Assembly (NCBI RefSeq): GCF_001194135.2
Contig: NC_068986.1
Location: 22,065,558-22,129,557, forward strand
Direction: 5' to 3'
Origin: Octopus bimaculoides
Taxonomy: Eukaryota
DNA: 64,000 nucleotides
Shown: positions 22,401 to 35,200 of the stretch, one piece after another
Layout: each line of letters starts with the position of its first letter
How positions within the stretch are numbered: position 1 is the first letter of the stretch
Program-made: the position numbers and the translations under genes
Notes under the pieces: model-generated
The model's database searches: none
What the model saw: the letters and a program-made list of their open reading frames with translations, nothing else
What the model was told of the DNA's origin: nothing

Positions 22401-25199
22401 TGTGAAAGGAGAAGTTCTCAAATGGCAAAATACAATCTGTAGAAGTGTATTAAAGTCAGCAGAGAATTCCTGCATTGAATTCCTGCATCAGTTTCATCCA
22501 GAAGTAAATATAACACAGAGAGCACAAATGATCAACTTGATGGCTGTGCAGCAACCCATCAGGGGCTCTACTGGCTATATTTTGCAAACAGCACTACATT
22601 TTATTTAAGGTTAAAAATGGAAGTCTTCAATGGCCTGGTTCATGTATTTGTATACAAACCTTTTGTTAACTGTGTGAAAGCAATATTAAACTGAATATCT
22701 TGATAGCTTGAAGTATTGAGTGTACAGCCTAGAGAAGGGTGTGGAATGTATCGACTTGCCCTAGAAACACTTCATGAAATGTATCTAAGGCACTTATCGT
22801 TTATAGGTTACGAGATTCGTTATATCTTCATATCATATGCCCACATATAACAGGTCAGAAAGATTTACCAATCACCAATATAATATAAATTTTCAATATT
22901 AAAAACTAAAATGTCATGTAGAAGAAAGAGCATGTGTCTCACCCCACCCAATTTCTTGTTACATTAACTGCATTCTTGGCATAATGTAGGTCAAAGAATT
23001 AGAGGAACAGAAAATACCAAAAGCAGGTTTTTAGTACATAAAAAAAATCTATTTTTGTATAAGAAATTTTTGTTTCCACATCAGAAAGATAAGCTGAAAT
23101 ATTTTCATCAAAGTTTAATACTTTTATACCAGCCTTCCAAAACCACCTCTGATTCTTTGAGAAGTAAATTGTCTGTTTCTTAAAGTGTTCATATCTAAAT
23201 TAAAACCTATCATAATTGTAAGAACTTTTTCCTAAATTAAGCCTGATATAGATATAAATGTACAATTTAATCATTTGACTAAATGTCTTGATTATTTTCA
23301 AAATGAACTGACACAAACAGGAAGTGGATTTCACTGGAAGTATGGTCACAAAAAGGACTTTATTGATATCATGAAAACTGAATTAGTTGTTGTTTGGCCT
23401 CAGGTCAACTTTCATTTAAAGACATTTTAGATGTATCCATCTCATCTTTTTCTTTTTTACAGACATAATATATCTAGGACTGCAAACCATCAAATTCAGT
23501 GTTTATGCCTTATTTGTTTCAATCATTGGACTGCAGTCGAACTAGAGCACCACCATGCAGAATTTAGTCAAACAAATCAACCTCAGTACTTATTTATAAG
23601 TCTAGTACTTATTTTATGGTTCTCTTTTGCCAAACCACTAAGTTGTTGAGACATAAACAAACCAACGCCAGTTTTCAAGCATTGACAGGAAAGAAAAACA
23701 CAAACACAAACACACCACTGTATAAAACACATTTTACAAGGCTTTTCAAAAAGATAAAAACTATTACAAATAAATGACAAAAGTATCAAAAATGAAAAAC
23801 TCCAAATGATGGGATTGACAAAGACCAAATAATGAGTTTGTGTTTGAGATCTTATGAAGTAATGAACTCTGAACTAAACAAGATTGAAAAAAACAACTAT
23901 AATCTTAATATTACGCAGATACCGTTTTCAACAGGTACCGCCTTTAAACTATAATGGATGATATATCTGGTAAATTTCATATCTGCACTGCAGAGTATTT
24001 TAAAATAATATAGAAGAGTATGTATTCAAGGTTTTATGCAATTGCTAATCATTGCAATCTGAAAACAAACGCAGCATATATGATAGCTTTAAGCTCTCTT
24101 ATATCATTATATACTGAATATTATGATTAATCAACCAAGCTAATTTGAGAAGCTTACTATATGTATTAATAGCAAGAAGAACTGATAAAACAAAGACAAT
24201 ATTTTAGAAAACTCTTTAAATTGTTTCCAGTTAGAGGCATTTACATGTAGAGCATCAGAATCATTTACAATTTAGAATTTGAAATTTAATTTTCAAACCA
24301 ATTTTCATATGGCATTTAAATAACAGCCTATTAAATGTGAATATTTTAATGAAATCAAACCTTATTCTATTTTTAATAATATACTTTTGCATTTAATATT
24401 TTGCTGATTTAGTAATTTCATTAGTTGCTTATGGTTTAGATACAAAGAATGTTTTGAACATAAATATGTATAAAGACATGGCTGTGTGGTTAAGAAAATT
24501 GCTTCCCAACCACACAGGTTTGATACCATTTCAGGTTCAATACCAACCACTGTAGCACGTTGAGTAAGTGTTTTCTACAACAGCTTCAGGCAAACCAAAA
24601 ATCTAATGACTGGATTTGGTAGGTGGAAACTGAAAAAAGTCCATCATACATAGAGTGGAGGTGAGTATGTTTATGCCTCCTTGTCTTGACACCACAATAG
24701 TTGTAAATAGTTGTCAGTGTTATACGTGCAGTGTCGTTCATCTCAAGTCTTCTATGAAAACATGTCTGACTACAGGGGAGAGATAACATGACTTGGAAAT
24801 AAGTGTTGACAATAGGAAGAGCATCTGGTTTTAAAATGATCTTCCTCAATAAAACTATGTCTGACCCATCCAAGCATGAAAAAGTGGACATGGAAACATT
24901 GATGATGATGATGATTGTGATCTAAGAATAGCTGTAGCCTAGATTGCAGAAAAAAAACCTTGTATTTGATTAAGTTTCTTTATGAGTTCAAATCTTGTCT
25001 AGATTCACTTTGCCTTTCCTTAAAAGAATCAGCTGGGGAGCAACGAAGCTTGCAAGCTGTCCAGATGTATCTTCTGCTTGTCAGTCTGTAGTATTACAGG
25101 GTTTATAGTGGCAGGTAATATAGAAAAAAATTTTTTTTTTAATCCCCACTCAGTTGATCATGGTAGCAGTGGTGGTGGATGAGTTTTTCTGAATGTTGT

Positions 25200-25700
25200 A
25201 AGCTGTAATCTTTGCCTGCACTACTGCAGCACAGTGCATGCAAACTATTTTTGGCAGGTAGTGTGAGGTAGGGTAATACCTAACAGGATGATTTTGCTCA
25301 CTTGCTTAGCTTCTCGAATGGGTCGGAGATAAAACATATTTACTGACAGAGCTCTCAGCAGTTAGCTAACTTGAGTTCAAGGTGGAGAATGTTATGCACT
25401 CTGTGAAAGCATGGTGGGTAACTGTGATTAGGCAGTTGTCAGACTGTCCATTAGGCATAGAGACAGTGATTGTTTGATAGAGGCTGGGCTTAAAGGAGGT
25501 GACAAAGAGATCAAGACTATTTATTCAGTATGTTTCTGTGTCGGTCAGTGTTGCAAATGGATTGTGATGATGTTAGGTATTGCAGAAAACAGAATTCAGA
25601 ATGACTAAAGACTTGCATTTGCACCAATAGTAATAATATAGGAGGAATTTGGAAGCCAAGAAAGGTGTTATTATTTACAGTTCTGTAAAAAAAATATTTG
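25200..25700 (-). mobile_element. Probable old LINE AP-endonuclease relic
   Basis: The minus strand gives ..RNILNK*.LDLFVTSFKPSLYQTITVSMPNGQSDNCLITV, close to the N.LDLFLTS.P..Y...V..PLG.SDH.LI motif of CR1/Jockey-group endonucleases. Confidence 0.45.
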
Positions 25701-27238
25701 AATCTCAAAAAACTAAGTATTGAAAAAAGATCAACTGTCTGCTATATATCACACAAGAGCCATATAAGCCATATAATTGGCCAGTTTGTCTGTCCTGTAG
25801 CCAATCACATCAAGCAAAATCCCTGTATGCGATTGGTAAATCTGCACTCAATAGCATGCTTTAACCACTGGAGTTTGTGCCTTTTCTGCTTGTTCTCTTT
25901 TCATAATGCTTTTCCTTTTCCCCTCTAAACATTCTAATTCTTTGACATCCTGTTGTTGTTTCCCTCCAAGTCAACCCTGATTGAGTAAGCCCATGATTAA
26001 AGGCATTCCCCCATAACCATCACAATTTTGTTCCTTCTAGCCATATCTTGGACCTACATTAACAAATGTGTTGCATCAAAAATTTAGTAGTTTACAGGAT
26101 TTAATGGGTTAGACATTACCTAGTAATTACGTTGTAGTGGATTTGTGATACATATATAGATGTATTCACCCAGTCAAATCAAGATCACAGGTAAATTATT
26201 AAAGGTTTATGAATATTTGGTTAAAAAAAACCCCAGTGGAGCAAAGAAACTTTTCTTAAGTAGCATTAGCAGAGAAAGCTTGTCAATTTTTCTTACATAT
26301 TTATCATATAATTATGTGTACTGGCAAATCAATGACAACAAGCTACACCAAACCAAACCAATCATAGGGTTGCCATTAAATACCACTAAAACTAACAGAT
26401 GTAACCTCAGCTCCAACAAGCTTCATCAACAGCAGCAAAATCATTTAACATCTGCTTTCCATGCTGGCATAGGTTGGATGCTTTGATAGGAACTGGCAAG
26501 TCAGAAGACCTGTGTATGATTTTTACCAATAAAGGAGTTCTATGTAATTATTTGTTTTGGTTTAAATAAGATGAACAACAGCAAGACGATATAGATTCTG
26601 AGTCTTTTGAAAACTTTTTAAAACTAAGCATTCATACTATAAAGCAAAATGAGATTTGAGGTTTTCTGGGTTTTTTTGTTTTTTTTTTAAATCTGGTTTT
26701 TATGCTACTGACTACATGGTCATCAGTTTAAGCCTTACTTCTACAGTTACTAAATCACAGTTTATTTCTTGTTATATAAAGACTGAATCAGAATTACAAG
26801 GAAACAAAGAAAAAGAAGAAAAGAGGGGAGAATTAAGCAGAAGATGGGGGAAGGAGGAAGCACACTCCAGAACAAGCCACACCTTACAGACATGATTATG
26901 ACTGGTATTGCTGTGGAGAATGGTCAGCAACGCTTGCTGTCACAGCCACCCCCACCTCACAGGACTCCAGACAGGCTGCTGTTTTGTTTGGGCAAAGTTT
27001 TTATTAAGTTCTTGTTCTTATTAACAGGGTCAACTACATAAAATTGGTTCCTTTCTATACTTTACAGATGACAACTTAGCAGTAGGAAGGGCACTGAGCT
27101 GTAAAAACAAAAACGACCCCCCTCATGCCACTGTGAAAAAAATTAATGTAAAACTGCAAAAAAAAAATCTTAAAAAACATGTAGAAGAACTAGGACAAAG
27201 CATCAGAAACATAGTGATGAATCATACCACTGACACAT

Positions 27239-27271
<33 letters not shown>

Positions 27272-29677
27272 CCCCAGTATAACATGTTGCATGGTTGGGC
27301 TGTCAGCAACTAACTTGGAAAAACCACTAAGCCTGCTTGATGAGTAAGGTGGTTTTTAACACCTTGGGGGATGAGAAACAAGACTTATCAAACAACAGAT
27401 GAACTCAGGAGAGTCAACAGCTAACCAATTACACAATATATATCATCCTCATCATTTAACGTCCACTTTCCATGCTGGCATGGGTTAGACAGTTTAACAG
27501 GAGCTGACTAGGTAGAAGACTGCACTCGGCTTCAGTGTCTACTTTAGTATGTTTTTTACAGCTGGATTCCCTTCCAAATGCCAACCACTTTAAAGTGTGG
27601 ACTGGATGTTTTTTACATGGTACCAGCAATGGCAGGGTCATCAAGTAACTTGCAAGACAAAGATCTTTTGAGAGGGGAGGGGGCATTGGAGAAGGTGGTC
27701 TTGTGCCAGATATATATCATCATCATCATCGTCTAAAGTCCGTTTTCCATGCTAACATGGGTTGGATGGTTCGACTGGGGTCTGGGAAGCCAGGAGGCTG
27801 CACCAGGCTCCAGTCTGATCAGGCAGTGTTTCTACAGCTGGATGCCCTTCCTAACACCAACCACTCCAAGAGNNNNNNNNNNNNNNNNNNNNNNNNNNNN
27901 NNNNNNNNNNNNNNNNNNNNNNNNNNNNNNNNNNNNNNNNNNNNNNNNNNNNNNNNNNNNNNNNNTATATATATATATATATATATATATGCACAAGGAC
28001 TTAAGAATTTCTGGTTTGGTACCCTGGTGCACATTTAGCCTATCAGGACAGGCTGGACTCTAAACCATGGCAATGGCAACTAACCCAAGAAAAGAAGAGT
28101 TTTGTTTGTCACCGAGTTTCTGACAGACAACTGCACCAACTTTCTGTTATTAGTATTTCCAAAAAGTGGCTGGCCCAAAACAAGCCTTCACCACTAAAAA
28201 CAAATCATGGATAGTTTAACAGCTACAATATTGACCAACAGGAGACACCACTACACAAACACACATACATGAGTAAGTGAAGAATGTAGCACTCAACACA
28301 TTTCCTTGGAGTTACATGCCACAAGTCATGCAGAGATGAGTCAAACTGTTATTATATATATATATATATATATATGTACGTATGTATGTATATATTGCTA
28401 GATTCTAAAGAAAGAGAAAAGGCAATTGATAGATTTAATCCTTATTGAGTAAGCAATTAGAGTGTATAACAATAATAATAATCAGCAAGGTTATATATAG
28501 ATATACACACACACACTACAAAAACAAAACAATACAAAATGAAAAGCAAATATCATCTATCATATTTTGACTGCAACACCTTATATTTCTCAACAAAATG
28601 ATTATTTCATCTCATATTTTATTAGACTATTTTCAAAATCATCACTAGTAACATATATTTAATAAATGCAATTGAGGAACATTATCTTCTTAATTTTTAT
28701 AGATGAAATCAATAACAGAGAAGTTGCGTAAGCAGAGAGACAACTTCATTTCTATCTGACAACTAAGGTTTCTTTTCTTTTTTTTTTAACGTTTTTTTTC
28801 TTCCTCCACATGGTTTACAGATTCATTGAACTGCTATAAAAGAAAATCCTACTCAGCCAAAATAAATATTGACTATGGTTACTTATGAAGACAATGACTT
28901 TGGTCCAGTTGTTGCTGTTGATTGTTGCAGGTCAGCCCTGATACAAGTAAGGTTATGGTAAAAAATATTCCTACCAGGACCACAGTATTTTTTTACATTT
29001 TTATTTATTATTATAATTTTTTTTTTGTATATCTAGGACTACATATTCCAATTTCCTCTTCATTTTCTAAAACAAAAGAGTGTGGAATTTAGTTGCTATT
29101 TCTAGCAGGTCAGGTGACTGCACACAGGTATCCTCTCTGTTCCAGCTTGTAAGTGAGGATACATCAAGAAATATAAAATGATAATTTTACAAAACAATGG
29201 GGACAGGCATGGCTGTGTGCCTAAGAAATTCACTTGGCAAACAAAAGATTTTAAGCTTAGTTCCACTGTACAAGACTCAGGCAAGAATCTTCTACTATAG
29301 CTGTTGGCCAACCAATGCATAATGGGTAAATTTGGTAGATAGAAACCATTGAGAAACAGTTGTGTGTGTGTGTGTAGAGGAAATTAAAGTAAACACAGGT
29401 TTATATATTGGTTCCTATGTATGTTTCACCATTATACTTGCTTGGAAACCTGCATTTGGGTATTCCAAGTGCATATGGATGCTTAACCAGAACAGATCAT
29501 CAGCGAATCTTTCATTGCATTAGATTTTTAAACACAACAGTAGCAGTCGTTTCCCAACCACATGATTCCAGGTTCAGTCCTACATGCATGGAACCTTGGG
29601 CAAGTGTCTTCTACTACAGCCTCAGGCCAACCAAAGCCTTGTGAGGGGATTTGGTAGACAGAAACTGAAAGAAGCCC

Positions 29678-29724
<47 letters not shown>

Positions 29725-30186
29725 NNNNNNNNNNNNNNNNNNNNNNNNNNNNNNNNNNNNNNNNNNNNNNNNNNNNNNNNNNNNNNNNNNNNNNNNNNNN
29801 NNNNNNNNNNNNNNNNNNNNNNNNNNNNNNNNNNNNNNNNNNNNNNNNNNNNNNNNNNNNNNNNNNNNNNNNNNNNNNNNNNNNNNNNNNNNNNNNNNNN
29901 NNNNNNNNNNNNNNNNNNNNNNNNNNNNNNNNNNNNNNNNNNNNNNNNNNNNNNNNNNNNNNNNNNNNNNNNNNNNNNNNNNNNNNNNNNNNNNNNNNNN
30001 NNNNNNNNNNNNNNNNNNNNNNNNNNNNNNNNNNNNNNNNNNNNNNNNNNNNNNNNNNNNNNNNNNNNNNNNNNNNNNNNNNNNNNNNNNNNNNNNNNNN
30101 NNNNNNNNNNNNNNNNNNNNNNNNNNNNNNNNNNNNNNNNNNNNNNNNNNNNNNNNNNNNNNNNNNNNNNNNNNNNNNNNNNNNNN

Positions 30187-30349
30187 ACTCTCTGAGTGGT
30201 TGGCGTTAGGAAGGGCATCCAGCTGTAGAAACTCTGCCAAATTAGATTGGAGCCTGGTGTAGCCATCCGGTTGCACCAGTCCTCAGTCAAATCGTCCAAC
30301 CCATGCTAGCATGGAAAGCGGACGTTAAACGATGATGATGATGATGATG

Positions 30350-30352
<3 letters not shown>
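30187..30352 (+). mobile_element. SINE family B with (ATG)n tail
   Basis: It reads gagtggttggcgttaggaagggcatccagctgtagaaac...ccaacccatgctagcatggaaagcggacgttaaacgatgatgatg. Near-identical copies are at 6176-6328 (+), 19200-19286 (+) and 51487-51770 (-). Older copies are at 5641-5815, 7730-7880, 27445-27660, 27715-27872, 32875-33100, 50483-50632 and 62705-62920. Confidence 0.9.
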
Positions 30353-30381
<29 letters not shown>

Positions 30382-31950
30382 GTGAAAAATTGGTATCCAT
30401 CACTCCTGAATGGGATTGGAGGCAAGTTGTCTTGCCTGTCTACAACTTTCAGGTATTTTAACACCCAGTGCAACAAAGAAGTCGTCCTCAAAGCACTATA
30501 CCGCAACAAGTTGGCAAACAAACAAAACACATATACTGAATATGTGCAGTCAATAAAGTATACAACACTCATGCTGCTTTTAATTCGTAATTGAATGAAT
30601 ATATATATCATCATCATCATTTAATGCCTATCTTCCATGCTGGTATGGGTTGGCTGGTTTGACAGGTAGAAGACTACACCAGGCGACTGTGTCTGTTATG
30701 GCATGTTTTTTACAGCTGGATGCCCTTCCAAACACCAACCACCTCATAGAGTGGACTGAGTGCTTTTTATGTGGCACCATCGCACATATATCCCCCTTTC
30801 ACTACTTGATAACCCGTGTGGGTTTGTTTGTATCACAATAACATAGCAATTTAGCAAGAAGCAGACCAGTAAGTTAAGTAGAAAATTTAAAATAAGTACA
30901 AAAGTCATTTGATTGACAAAAAAAAAACCTAAGATGCAGCTCCAGAATGGCTGCAGTCCAATGATGACTCCCACTTCAATTTAAAATACAAAAGCAAAAT
31001 AAATGGTTTTCTTTTTAATTATAATTTTTCATCATACAATCTTAATAATGGCAAATAGATTGCATCAGCCTTTTTAAAATTTCTTTTCTACATTTTCGTT
31101 AGATTTTTTCCAAACAATTTCTGTGTAACCATAGCTATGTGGTTAAGAAACTGGCTTTGCAACTGTCTTCGGCCCTGGGCTGATCAATGCCTTGTGAATA
31201 AATTTGCAACATGGAAACTGTGTGGAAGACTGTGATGTGCATGTGTGTGTGAGTGTGTGTGTGTGCATGTCTGTGTTTATGTTTGTCCCCTGCAATCCTT
31301 AACCAGTGTTGGTTTGTTTATGTCCCCCAGAAACTTAGCAGTTTGGCAATAGAGACTGATAGAATAAGTACCAAACTTTAAAAAAAAAAAAAGAAAAAAT
31401 TACTGGGGTCAGTTTGTTCAAACAAACCCTTTGAGGTGGTGCCCCAGCATGGCCACAGTCCAATGGCAGAAACAAGGAAAAGAAAAGAGATAATAGGAAA
31501 GTAGATTGGCCCAAGCAGTCTCTATGTAATAGGAAGGTAGAAACGACATAGATGATAAATAGTTAAATTAAAAGCTACATAGCATTCAGGCAGGAGCTGA
31601 AATCATGAGGTTGTTGTGACCTTTTATTTCATCAATACTAGAATTGATAAAATAAGCAGCAGTAATATACTAAATTCAGCCAGTTCACTGTAACCTTTTT
31701 ACTTCTTTGTGAAAAAGAGATTTGTAAAATATGAACAAAGCAAACGATAACCATGTGGTTAAAGGAGTTTGTTTTGTAACCATGTGGTTCCAGATATTTT
31801 GATATTGCTGGTCAGCACTTTGACCAGATGACTTCTACTAAACTGTACCCCCAGGATAACCTTGTGAGTGGAATTTGGTAAAGAGAAACTATGCAGATGC
31901 CTGTTGTGTGTGTGTATATATACATACATATATCTATATATATATATATA

Positions 31951-32195
31951 TTAGAAAAAATAAGGTACTCAGAGATCTGGATGGTTGTACATTTACAGAA
32001 TTTTATTAATATGTCACATGTTTTTATAAATCATATATAGTACCACTTGCATTTATTCTAGTAGAATCTTCAGATTCTAATTTCTACTAGAATAGATGCA
32101 AGTGCTAATATATAATGTATAAAAACATGTGACATATTAATAAAAATCTGTAAATGTACAACCATCTAGATCTCTGAGTACCTTATTTTTTCTAA
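31951..32195. mobile_element. Foldback/MITE-like element: about 115-bp inverted arms and a 15-nt loop, in TA context
   Basis: TTAGAAAAAATAAGGTACTCAGAGATCT... (31951-) is the reverse complement of ...AGATCTCTGAGTACCTTATTTTTTCTAA (-32195). The arms differ only at a few substitutions and one short divergent patch. The loop is TCTTCAGATTCTAAT. Confidence 0.8.
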
Positions 32196-32230
32196 TATAT
32201 AATACCTGTACATCACCTCCAAACCTTCTA

Positions 32231-32273
<43 letters not shown>

Positions 32274-35200
32274 TGTGTGTGTATGTGCCGGAGTGGCTGT
32301 GTGGTAAGTAGCTTGCTTACCAACCACATGGTTCCGGTTTTAGTTCTACTGCGTAGCATCTTGGGCAAGTGTCTTCTACTATAGCCTAGGACCAACCAAA
32401 ACCTTGTGAGTGGATTTGGTAGACAGAAACTGAAAGAAGCCCATCGTATATGTGTGTATGTGTGTGTGTGTGCATGTATGTATGTGCATGTGTTTGTACC
32501 CCCACCATCACTTGATAACCAATGTTGGTGTGTCTATGTCCCCCATAACTTAGCAGTTCGGCAAAAGAAGCCAATAAAATAAGTACTAGGCTTACGAAGA
32601 ATAAGTCCTGGGGTCGATTTGTTCGACTAAAGGCAGTACTCTCTCTTCCATCACTATCTCCATTCTATCATTCCTGCTTCCTCCTCCATACCACTCATGC
32701 TGTCATATTGAATCTCCTCACCAACAATCATCATATAGTTGCCTATAACTCTCTCTCTCTCTCTCTCTCTTCCTTCCTTTACTTTCCCCAAAGAACCCTC
32801 TTGCTCACATCACTCTGGTTTTCTTCCATCACTCTTCCCTATGTTATCCTTCCTCTTTCTCTGGTCTTCTTTTCATCATCATCATCATCGTTTAACATCC
32901 GCTTTCAGTGCTGGCATGGATTGGATGGTTTGACTGAAAATTGGTAAGCCGGGGGCTGCACCAGTTTCGAATCTGATCTGGCAAAGCTTCTACGGTTAGA
33001 TACCCTTTCTAATGCCAACCATTCTGAAAGTGAGTGCTTTTTACATGCCACTGGCACAGGTGCCATTGACCTGATACCGGCATCGGCCATGACTATGGTC
33101 TCATTTGGCTTGACAGGTCAACACAAGTATGGTATATTGCCAGAGTCTTGGTCACCTGTCACTGTCTCCTTGATGCCTAAAAACAAGACAACCCTCTGAT
33201 GCCGGTGAAGAAACAAACAGAGATAGAGGAAGGTAGAGAGGATTCTTTAGTGTTACTGTGAACAAGACAACCTTTCAAGTGCTGGTAACATTATAAAATG
33301 CCCTCAGGACAATGCAGACCTACCAAAAATGAAACATATGAGCAAGATGCAGTCCTTAACCTAGTTAGGAGGGCAAGTAAATCTGAATAAGAACTGACTT
33401 GATCTGTGATGAATTGTCCAACCCATGCCAGTATGGAGAAGTGAATGTAAAGAGAATCATGTGTGTGTGTGTATGAGTGTAAAACTGTATGCAGAGTGGT
33501 ACTCATTCACATCAAAAGGTAACAGTCTACAAAATAAGTACCAGACTGAGGTAAAAGTACAGAGGTTGATGTCATCAACTAAGACTCTTGAAGGTAGTAC
33601 TCTAGCAGATCACATTCCAATGACAAACCAGTAGAAAAAGTAATGCAAAAGACTTATCTCCATATCACAAAACTGAATTATTTCTAATTCTTTTCTCTTT
33701 TTCATAAAAAGCCTGAGCCTTTATCTGTATTATTAAACACAGCTTTGAATTTATATCATCGTTTAGTGAAAATGTCTTAAAAGTTGCAATATAGTCATAT
33801 ATATGTTATATTATTAGGCTGGAAGAGTACCAAATTTTTAGACTTGCAGAATTTAGTTTTGTATATTCTATGCTGTGTTCAAATCTAATTAGGATGAAGT
33901 ATTCTTTTCATCCCTTTGAGGTCAAGAAAATATGTGCCAATAATATATTGAGTATGATTACATTAAGTTCATTGATTTCTCTGGACCATGGAAGAATTTT
34001 GGTTTGGTACTATCACCTCCTCATCTCCTAGCATAAAGTTGCCCCCCTCAAGGTTCGTAGTCTTCCAAGCTGCATGGTAATCTCACTAATGCTGTTGGTA
34101 CAAAAAAAAAAAAAAAGGCACCCAGTACATACTGTAAAGTGGTTGGTGCTAGGAAGGACATCCAGCCATAGAAACCATGCCAAAACAGACACAGGAGCAT
34201 GATGCAGTCTTCGGGCCCATTGGATCCTGCTAAACCATTCAATCCATGCCAGCATGGATGTATGATGAAGATGATGACATATGGAAAATCTACCTAGGAG
34301 AGCAGTAGCTCCAGATGGAACCGACTTGGACCCATCCAAGGTGTACCTACATGGAAAGTGAATGTAAAAGGACGATGAAGATGATGATGGGCTGCGTACT
34401 GACATAGTATCCAACTTCAAGTTGCATGTATGGGAGAGAGGGAGGGGGAGGAAAAGAAAGAGAGAGGCTAAGGTAGTAAAAATGTGATGGAAACACAGTT
34501 GTCTTTGAAACTGGACCGAATAAACAAACTTATCCAACCACCAATAATGGGAACCAATCAAAAACGTAACAAATATAGACATGATTAAAACTGGCAGGAA
34601 GTATTTACCTCATGTCCCTGGCCATCTGTATTTATTTATTATTTTTTATTTTTTCAGTTGGAAACTTTGGCAGACAAAGACCACTGAAACAATCAGAAGA
34701 TACATGGATTGTGACCTAAACAACAAATGGCACAGTGTACTGACTAAGAGAGGGGGGGGGGACAGTTAACATCTCTCTGAAATCAAAACAGGCAAAGCTC
34801 AACATTACTCTCTTGATGTTTATACCATATAAAAGTGCATAAGGTTTAAATTACATACAGCATGCAAAGGTTATATCAGAACCATATGATACTTCTAAGT
34901 ATATTATAGTATCACACACACACACACACACTATATCCTTGATTTGTCATTTTGGTTAATGTCATATTATCACCATAAATGTATGTAAGCAATGAATTGG
35001 CTGAATGGTTAAGGCATCGGATGAAATGTCTTGTAGTGACAAATCCACCTTCTTGTGTTTTGTGTTCAAATCCCGCTAAAGTCAACTTTATCTTTTGTCC
35101 TTCCAGAAACAATAATTAACTCTCTGACATTTAAACCAGCTATATCCACCCAAAATACTCTACATGTTTTATGTTCGGACTGGCCAGATCTAGCTTTTCA

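Noticed and set aside
23236-23430. Protein-like plus-strand open frame (..GSGFHWKYGHKKDFIDIMKTELVVVWPQ..)
   Set aside because: It begins inside a MITE remnant, has weak splice signals and matches no recognisable family.
16298-28727. Plus-strand micro-exon candidates at 16298-16313, 26160-26190 and 28703-28727
   Set aside because: The splice signals are good individually, but they do not chain into a recognisable ORF. Such pseudo-exons are common in AT-rich introns.
4183-30299. The longest ORFs in the supplied track (120-225 aa)
   Set aside because: They are open only because they run through N-gaps and dinucleotide repeats (YIYI, CVCV, THTH).
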